From a virus (taxonomy: Duplodnaviria; Caudoviricetes): a DNA stretch of 34,472 nt. The stretch covers positions 1 to 34,472 of IMG/VR virus record IMGVR_UViG_3300044820_000076; one strand, 5' to 3'. The translations under genes were made by a program, and so were the position numbers. Positions 24,491 to 31,340 of the stretch are shown here, one piece after another. The notes under the pieces are model-generated. The model was not told the DNA's origin. It saw only the letters and a program-made list of their open reading frames with translations, and did no database searches. The stretch's first letter is position 1; the number at the start of each line of letters is the position of its first letter.

Positions 24491-24706
24491 AAATGTTACA
24501 AATGTTACAAAATGTTGCGTTTTTAAAACAGAAACGCAACACCTAAAAAGGTGGTTTTTGGGTCGATTTCACGCCTACAGACCATCTTTTTTTGCCTGAT
24601 TTTGGCAAAATGTTGCGTTGTTACACTTTTTCTTACCACCTTTATAGAGAAAAATATAGATATATAAAGAGTTTATAGATATTAAATGTAACAACGCAAC
24701 GCAACA
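24491..24706. repeat. Putative replication origin with direct and inverted repeats around an AT-rich core
   Basis: AAATGTTAC x2, then AATGTTGCGTT; IR TGTTGCGTTT/AAACGCAACA (24513-24541); perfect 14-bp IR GTTGCGTTGTTACA (24612-24625)/TGTAACAACGCAAC (24687-24700) flanking TATAGA-rich DNA; directly before the replicase gene. Confidence 0.7.
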
Positions 24707-24735
24707 AAATTGTTGAAAGGAGAAACAAAACACTA

Positions 24736-27700
24736 ATGGCTCTGGACTTTTATCAAATAAGAGAGCGAATTCCTAAAGCCGGTACGATCGAAGTTTTTCC
24801 GGATTTTATTGTTAAGCGGTCAAAAGACTTAATGGTAAGAGGAAAGTGCTTTTATGCCGTATGGGACGAAGAGAAAGGAATGTGGTCGACCGATGAGTAT
24901 GACGTCGCCAGATTAGTTGATGCGGAACTCATTGCTTATCGCGATGCTCTGGCTATTAATAACGAGAACATTATTAGAGTCAAACTGTTATCTGATTTCT
25001 CTAACAAGACGTGGACAGATTTCAAAAACTATCTAAGCCGAGTTTCAGATAATTCAACGCAATTGGATACGTCTTTAGCCTTTCTAAACACAAAGATTAA
25101 AAAGAAAGACTATATTAGCAAGAAGTTGCCATATTCTTTAGAAGAAGGAAAATACGACGCATTCGAAGAAATAATGAGCACGTTGTATGATCCAGAAGAA
25201 AGAGCAAAACTGGAATGGGCAATCGGTTCGATTGTTGCTGGAGATTCAAAAGATATTCAAAAGTTCTTTGTTTTGTATGGAGCACCAGGAACAGGTAAAT
25301 CAACATTCTTCAATATTGTTCAGAAGTTGTTTGAAGGATATTATGTGGCGTTTGATGCTAAAGCTCTAACGTCTGCAAGTAATGCCTTCGCAACAGAAGT
25401 GTTTAGGACAAATCCGTTAGTAGCAATTCAGCATGACGGAGATCTGTCAAAAATTGAAGATAACACAAAACTTAATAGTATTAGTTCTCACGAAGAAATG
25501 ACGATGAACGAGAAGTATAAATCTACATATACGGCTAGATCTAATGCTCTCTTATTTATGGGAACTAATCTCCCTGTCAAAATTTCGGATTCTAAAGCTG
25601 GCGTTATCCGTCGTTTGATGGATGTATCTCCGTCGGGGCGAACGATCCCAACAAAAAAGTATCACGCATTAATAGCACAGATAGACTTTGAGTTGGGGGC
25701 GATAGCGCATCATTGCTTGGAGGTATACCGAGAAATGGGTAAAAGCTATTATTCGACATATCGTCCTTTAAACATGATGTTCCGAACGGATGTTTTCTTC
25801 AATTTTGTTGAAGAGAATTACAGTGTTTTTAAAGAGCAAGACGGAGCAACACTTGCACAAGCTTTTGAGATGTATAAGACATTTTGCCAAGATAGTAATA
25901 TTGACAACAAAATGCCAAAGTATAAATTCAGAGACGAACTAAAGAATTACTTTAATGAGTTTTCCGCAAATGTTAAAAGAATAGACGGAAAATTGGTTAG
26001 GAGTTATTACTCTGGATTTATTTCTTCGAAATTTACATCTCAAAAAGAAGAAAAAGAAGAACCTTCTAACTGGGTAGTTCTAGATCAGACCAAGTCCATA
26101 TTTGATGAGGTGTGCGCGGATTGCTTTGCCCAGTATGCCACCGAGAAGGAAACTCCTTACAAAAAATGGAGTGAGGTAACCACAAAACTTTCTGACATTG
26201 ACACAACAAAACTTCATTATGTTGTTGTTCCATTAAACCATATTGTCATTGACTTTGATTTGAAGAATGACAAAGGCGAGAAATCTGCAGAACTAAATTT
26301 TGAAGCAGCTAGTAAGTGGCCACCTACTTATGCTGAGTATAGCAAAAGCCAGAGTGGGTTGCATTTACACTATTTTTATGACGGAGATACGGATCGACTT
26401 AGTTCCATATTTGAGGAAGGCATTGAAGTTAAGGTCTTCAGAGTTGGAAATGTCGGACCAAGTTCTCTTAGAAGAAAATTGAGCAAATGCAATAACATTC
26501 CAATAAGCACCATCAACAGCGGACTTCCCTTGAAAGGAGAAAAAGTGATAAACATTGAGGTGGTTAAGAGCGAGAAGGCTCTTCGCGAGTTAATCCTCCG
26601 AAACCTCCGTAAAGAAATTCATCCAGGTACCAAGCCAAGCATTGATTTCATTCATAAAATCTTAGAGGAATCATATTCTTCGGGGTTGAAGTATGACGTC
26701 AGCGATTTGCGAGGAAAAGTTATGGTGTTTGCCAACAATAGTACAAACCAAGCACCATATTGCCTAGATCTTGTTAGTAAGATGCATTTTGCCTCAGACG
26801 AGCCATCAGTCGACACTGCGATTTATGATAGCGACACGATCGTCTTCTTTGACATTGAAGTATTTCCAAACCTGGTAATGGTTAATTGGAAACCTGCCGG
26901 AGAAGAACATGCTTGTGTGCACATGATAAATCCAACTCCGTCAGAGATTGAGGGAATCTTCAAGTTTCGTCTTGTTGGGTTCAACAATCGTAACTATGAC
27001 AACCATATTCTCTATGCTATCTATATGGGGTATAAGGTTGAGGATATTTACGCTCTTAGTCAAAGAATTATCGTTGACGAAGCTCGTAACGCAAAGTTTG
27101 GCGAGGCTTATAATATCTCTTATGCCGACGTCTACGATTTCTCTAGTGTCAAGCAAAGTCTTAAGAAGTGGCAAATTCAACTTGGCATCCACCATCAAGA
27201 GCTAGGACTTCCTTGGGATAAGCCAGTACCAGAGGATAAATGGCCGGATGTGGCAAATTATTGCGATAATGATGTCATATCTCTTGAGGCAACTTTCGAT
27301 TTCTGTCATGAGGATTTCATTGCCAGGCAAATCCTTGCCGAGTTAAGTGGATTAACCGTTAATGACACAACTCAGCAACATACTGCAAGGATCTTATTTG
27401 GTAATGATTCAGCACCTCAAAAGAAGTTTATCTACACTGATCTTAGTGTAATGTTTCCAGGATATAAATACAGTCTTGGAAAAAGTACATATCGTGACGA
27501 AGATCCAGGGGAAGGTGGCTATGTTTACTCCGAGCCAGGGATTTATAGCAACGTTGCATTGCTGGACGTTGCATCAATGCATCCGACATCAATAGAGTTG
27601 CTTAATCTTTTTGGCCCTTACACCAAGACATATTCAGAAATCAAAGCTGCAAGAATTGCCATTAAGCACAAGGATTATGATTCTGCTTGTGGAATGCTTG

Positions 27701-28542
27701 GAGGAATTCTGGATAAGTATCTGTCCGATCCAAAAACATCAGATGCTTTGTCTTACGCTTTAAAGATTGTTCTTAATATTGTCTACGGTCTCACCTCGGC
27801 AAAGTTTGATAATAAATTCCGTGATCCTCGCAATGTCGATAATATTGTGGCAAAACGTGGAGCGTTGTTTATGATCGATCTCAAATATGCCGTCCAAGAA
27901 TTGGGCTTTACTGTTGCCCATATTAAGACCGACTCGATCAAGATACCTAATGCCACACCGGAGATAATTAATTTTGTCTTCGACTTTGGCAAGAAATATG
28001 GTTACAACTTCGAGCACGAGGCTACGTACGATAGATTCTGTCTAGTTAACGATGCTGTGTATGTGGCTCGTTACAAAGATGGAAAACATGCTGGAGAGTG
28101 GACAGCTACTGGAACTCAATTTCAGCAGCCTTATGTCTTTAAGACCATATTCAGTAAAGAGCCAATTGAGTTCAAAGATCTGTGCGAAACAAAAACAGTC
28201 TCGTCGGCGTTATATCTTGACATGAATGAAGGATTAGGAAAGGACGATCACGATTACCATTTCGTCGGGAAGGCCGGTCTATTTTGTCCTATCAGACCTG
28301 GTTTTGGGGGTGGGATTCTTTATAGGGAAAAGGATGGAAAGTATTATGCTGTTACTGGGACAAAAGGCTATAGATGGCTTGAGTCGGAAGTTGTCAAATC
28401 TCTAGAAAAAGAGGAGGCGATAGATTTAGAATATTATAGAAAACTTGTTGACGACGCAATTGAGGATATTCGCCAATATGGTGATTTTGAGTGGTTCATG
28501 TCTAATGAGCCAGCTCTTGAACCCATGATTCCATGGGATTAA
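24736..28542 (+). CDS. SF3 (D5-like) helicase / AEP primase / family B DNA polymerase fusion
   Basis: Walker A GAPGTGKS; AEP motifs 'IDFD' and 'SKSQSGLHLHY'; Exo I FDIE, Exo II GFNNRNYD, Exo III YCDND; Pol motifs DVASMHP, KIVLNIVYG and KTDS. Confidence 0.9.
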   Translation: MALDFYQIRERIPKAGTIEVFPDFIVKRSKDLMVRGKCFYAVWDEEKGMWSTDEYDVARLVDAELIAYRDALAINNENIIRVKLLSDFSNKTWTDFKNYLSRVSDNSTQLDTSLAFLNTKIKKKDYISKKLPYSLEEGKYDAFEEIMSTLYDPEERAKLEWAIGSIVAGDSKDIQKFFVLYGAPGTGKSTFFNIVQKLFEGYYVAFDAKALTSASNAFATEVFRTNPLVAIQHDGDLSKIEDNTKLNSISSHEEMTMNEKYKSTYTARSNALLFMGTNLPVKISDSKAGVIRRLMDVSPSGRTIPTKKYHALIAQIDFELGAIAHHCLEVYREMGKSYYSTYRPLNMMFRTDVFFNFVEENYSVFKEQDGATLAQAFEMYKTFCQDSNIDNKMPKYKFRDELKNYFNEFSANVKRIDGKLVRSYYSGFISSKFTSQKEEKEEPSNWVVLDQTKSIFDEVCADCFAQYATEKETPYKKWSEVTTKLSDIDTTKLHYVVVPLNHIVIDFDLKNDKGEKSAELNFEAASKWPPTYAEYSKSQSGLHLHYFYDGDTDRLSSIFEEGIEVKVFRVGNVGPSSLRRKLSKCNNIPISTINSGLPLKGEKVINIEVVKSEKALRELILRNLRKEIHPGTKPSIDFIHKILEESYSSGLKYDVSDLRGKVMVFANNSTNQAPYCLDLVSKMHFASDEPSVDTAIYDSDTIVFFDIEVFPNLVMVNWKPAGEEHACVHMINPTPSEIEGIFKFRLVGFNNRNYDNHILYAIYMGYKVEDIYALSQRIIVDEARNAKFGEAYNISYADVYDFSSVKQSLKKWQIQLGIHHQELGLPWDKPVPEDKWPDVANYCDNDVISLEATFDFCHEDFIARQILAELSGLTVNDTTQQHTARILFGNDSAPQKKFIYTDLSVMFPGYKYSLGKSTYRDEDPGEGGYVYSEPGIYSNVALLDVASMHPTSIELLNLFGPYTKTYSEIKAARIAIKHKDYDSACGMLGGILDKYLSDPKTSDALSYALKIVLNIVYGLTSAKFDNKFRDPRNVDNIVAKRGALFMIDLKYAVQELGFTVAHIKTDSIKIPNATPEIINFVFDFGKKYGYNFEHEATYDRFCLVNDAVYVARYKDGKHAGEWTATGTQFQQPYVFKTIFSKEPIEFKDLCETKTVSSALYLDMNEGLGKDDHDYHFVGKAGLFCPIRPGFGGGILYREKDGKYYAVTGTKGYRWLESEVVKSLEKEEAIDLEYYRKLVDDAIEDIRQYGDFEWFMSNEPALEPMIPWD
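26528..26547 (+). promoter_or_regulatory. Internal translation start (extended SD plus in-frame GTG) at the primase/polymerase junction
   Basis: CCTTGAAAGGAGAAAAAGTG; GTG26545 is codon 604 of the fusion. Confidence 0.55.
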
Positions 28543-28567
28543 TTCATATCTTGAAAGGATAATTGCA

Positions 28568-29071
28568 ATGCCAGGTAAAACCAAAGCTCCAAAAGTTTTA
28601 GACAACATCACAATTGAGAACGCGAAATTGATGTATCGAAATTTCAGTGGTAAAGAAGGCCAGATGAACCCCGCTGGTCGTCGTAATTTCTGCGTTGTTA
28701 TTCCTCCAGAAATTGCTGAGAAATTGGTGGTTGATGGCTGGAACATCAAGTACCGCGAACCTCGCGATCCATCGGACGATCGTCTTCCATATTTGCAAGT
28801 GTCTGTAAGTTTTGCTCACTTTGCTCCGAACATCATTTTGATCTCGTCCAAAAACAAGACACGCGTTGACGAGAAAAATCTTAACATTCTCGATTTCGCT
28901 GAGATCTCCCAGGCCGACATCATCATCCGTCCATATAACTGGGAAGTTCAAAACAAGTCCGGTGTGAAAGCTTATCTGAAGACCATGTATATCACCTTGG
29001 TCGAAGACGAGTTCGCCGATAAGTACCGCGATATTCCCGACGCGGCTGCTGATTTCGACGACGTTGCTTAA
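28568..29071 (+). CDS. Putative single-stranded DNA-binding protein
   Basis: 'RNFSG......AGRRNF', 'GVKAYLK.MY.T..ED' and an acidic C-terminal tail; follows the polymerase. Confidence 0.75.
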   Translation: MPGKTKAPKVLDNITIENAKLMYRNFSGKEGQMNPAGRRNFCVVIPPEIAEKLVVDGWNIKYREPRDPSDDRLPYLQVSVSFAHFAPNIILISSKNKTRVDEKNLNILDFAEISQADIIIRPYNWEVQNKSGVKAYLKTMYITLVEDEFADKYRDIPDAAADFDDVA

Positions 29072-30284
29072 GCTTTACGAGCACCAGCAGAAAGCGGTAA
29101 ACGAACTGAAGACCGGCTCCATCTTAGTTGGTGGAGTCGGTTCAGGTAAATCGCTAACTGCAATAAGTTACTATTACTATGTCGAGTGCGGTGGAAAAGA
29201 AAAAGATGATGGTTTTAGGTTTATGGAAAGACCGAAAGATTTATACATCATAACAACAGCCGCAAAGAGGGACACACTCGACTGGGAACGCGAGTGCTTA
29301 CCGTTCCTGATATCTCGAGCAAGAGAAGTAAGTATTAGTAATGTCCTAGTAACTGTTGACTCGTGGAATAACATTGGAAAATATATCAAAGTTAAGGATG
29401 CATTCTTCATATTTGACGAGCAACGAGTTGTTGGTAGTGGTGCTTGGGTTAAATCTTTCTTAAAAATAACCAAGCAAAATAATTGGATATTACTTAGTGC
29501 TACTCCTGGCGATACTTGGATGGATTACATACCAGCTTTTATCGCTAATGGATTCTATAAAAATAGAACTGAGTTTATTCGTGAACATGTGGTTTATAAC
29601 ACGTTTACGAAATATCCAAAAGTTGATCATTATGTTGAACAAGGTAAACTTATAAGATTAAGAAATCAAATTCTTGTAATGATGCCTTATGAGAAACCAA
29701 CGACAAGCTATACATATACGGTTGACGTTTCATACGATGAAGAAATTTTTAACACGGTTATGCTTAAAAGGTGGAACCCATACAAGAACGAACCGATAAA
29801 AGACATTAGTGAATTATGCTACACGATGCGAAAAGTTGTTAATAGCGATCTTAGCCGATATAACGCAATCAAAGATCTTATTGACAAACATCAAAAAATA
29901 ATTGTCTTTTATAATTTCAACTACGAACTTGATATCTTGAGAATGCTAAGCTATGTCCGAGACTTAACAGTTGCTGAGTATAACGGGCATAAGCATGAGC
30001 CAGTTCCTAAGACAGAAAAGTGGGTTTATCTAGTCCAATATACTGCAGGAGCAGAAGGTTGGAATTGCATAGAAACAAACGTTATAATTTTTTACTCTCA
30101 GAACTATTCTTATCGAGCAACGACTCAAGCTGCTGGTAGAATAGATAGACTTAACACACCGTTTACAAAATTGTATTATTACACCCTGAGATCTAAATCG
30201 CCAATCGATTTGGCCATTTCAAAATCGTTGACTAAGAAGAAAGATTTCAACGAAGCAAAATATTTTGGATCAATGTTATCTTGA
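29064..30284 (+). CDS. SF2 (SNF2-like) DNA helicase
   Basis: Q-motif LYEHQ, Walker A GVGSGKS, DEQR, SAT and motif VI QAAGRIDR. Confidence 0.88.
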   Translation: MLKLYEHQQKAVNELKTGSILVGGVGSGKSLTAISYYYYVECGGKEKDDGFRFMERPKDLYIITTAAKRDTLDWERECLPFLISRAREVSISNVLVTVDSWNNIGKYIKVKDAFFIFDEQRVVGSGAWVKSFLKITKQNNWILLSATPGDTWMDYIPAFIANGFYKNRTEFIREHVVYNTFTKYPKVDHYVEQGKLIRLRNQILVMMPYEKPTTSYTYTVDVSYDEEIFNTVMLKRWNPYKNEPIKDISELCYTMRKVVNSDLSRYNAIKDLIDKHQKIIVFYNFNYELDILRMLSYVRDLTVAEYNGHKHEPVPKTEKWVYLVQYTAGAEGWNCIETNVIIFYSQNYSYRATTQAAGRIDRLNTPFTKLYYYTLRSKSPIDLAISKSLTKKKDFNEAKYFGSMLS

Positions 30285-30296
30285 AAGGAGATAATT

Positions 30297-30431
30297 ATGA
30301 AAGTAAGAATGACGGTTATTTCACCATTAGGAACTTTAGATTTTTCTACCGTTAAAATTAACGGAGAAAAATTATATTTTCAGAAAGAAATAATTCGGAA
30401 CTCAATTGTGTCTATAAAAATACTTGAATAG
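30297..30431 (+). CDS. Small hypothetical protein, 44 aa
   Basis: Manually translated; TCTTGAAAGGAG RBS. Confidence 0.55.
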   Translation: MKVRMTVISPLGTLDFSTVKINGEKLYFQKEIIRNSIVSIKILE

Positions 30432-30433
30432 AC

Positions 30434-30499
30434 CTCGCGTTCCAAACATGTGCTATAATAGAAGGAGAATGAGTAATATCATTCTCTTTCTTTATTTTT
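30434..30499 (+). promoter_or_regulatory. Cassette motif copy 13 followed by a terminator/attenuator hairpin
   Basis: CTCGC at 30434, TGCTATAAT with TATAAT at 30454; hairpin AGAAGGAGAATGA-GTAATA-TCATTCTCTTTCT plus TTATTTTT. Confidence 0.75.
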
Positions 30500-30511
30500 C
30501 AGGAGAAAAGT

Positions 30512-30835
30512 ATGTCAATTCTAGAATCGCGGTTTCAAGCAAAAGTGATTCGTGAACTTCACGAAACATTTCCTGGTATTATTGTTTTAAAAAACGATCC
30601 AAATTATCTTCAAGGTTTTCCAGATTTGACTTTACTGTATCATAATTACTGGTCAGTTTTGGAAACAAAAAGACTTGAAGATTCTGATCGTCAGAATAAC
30701 CAGGAATACTACGTTAAAGAACTTAGTAAATGGAGTTATACGAATTTTATATATCCTGAAAATAAGGAAACAGTACTCGATGAACTTCAATACGCATTCC
30801 GACTTAAAAGATCAACACGCATTCTTAGGCGCTAG
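30512..30835 (+). CDS. VRR-NUC-family nuclease (Holliday junction resolvase-like)
   Basis: 'LESRFQ', 'GFPDL', 'LETK' and 'NQEYY' PD-(D/E)XK pattern. Confidence 0.8.
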   Translation: MSILESRFQAKVIRELHETFPGIIVLKNDPNYLQGFPDLTLLYHNYWSVLETKRLEDSDRQNNQEYYVKELSKWSYTNFIYPENKETVLDELQYAFRLKRSTRILRR

Positions 30836-31340
30836 TAAATATCATTGGCTTAACTACAGCGAAGAGAAACTTGGTTACTCATATTTGAATTTTCTAGCGG
30901 TTCAAAGAGGAACTGAACTTCATGAGTTTGCCTATCAATGCATTCGTCTTGGTCAAAGATTACCAAAAAGTAAAAAATCTCTAAATATGTATGTTAACGA
31001 TGCTATAGGTTACCGAATGATACCAGAACAAACCTTGTATTATTCTGATAATAGTTTTGGAACGGCAGATGCCATTTCGTTTAGAGACAAACTTCTTCGG
31101 ATTCATGATTTAAAAACTGGAGTTTCTCCAGTATCGATGAACCAACTGTATATCTATACAGCATTATTTTGTTTAGAGTATTCGGTTGAGCCAAGAGACA
31201 TATCTGTTGAATTGCGGATATATCAGCTAGATGAAATTGTTGTTGATAACCCAATCGATACTTTAATTCATGAAGTGATGAATAAAATAATCATGTTTGA
31301 TAAGAAGATTGAACAACTAAAACTGGAGGAGAACTTATGA
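30780..31340 (+). CDS. PD-(D/E)XK exonuclease-like protein
   Basis: 'HAFLGAS', 'RGTELH', 'EQ.L', 'FGTADAI', 'IHDLKTG' and 'QL.IY'; AAGGA RBS before ATG30780. Confidence 0.8.
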   Translation: MNFNTHSDLKDQHAFLGASKYHWLNYSEEKLGYSYLNFLAVQRGTELHEFAYQCIRLGQRLPKSKKSLNMYVNDAIGYRMIPEQTLYYSDNSFGTADAISFRDKLLRIHDLKTGVSPVSMNQLYIYTALFCLEYSVEPRDISVELRIYQLDEIVVDNPIDTLIHEVMNKIIMFDKKIEQLKLEENL

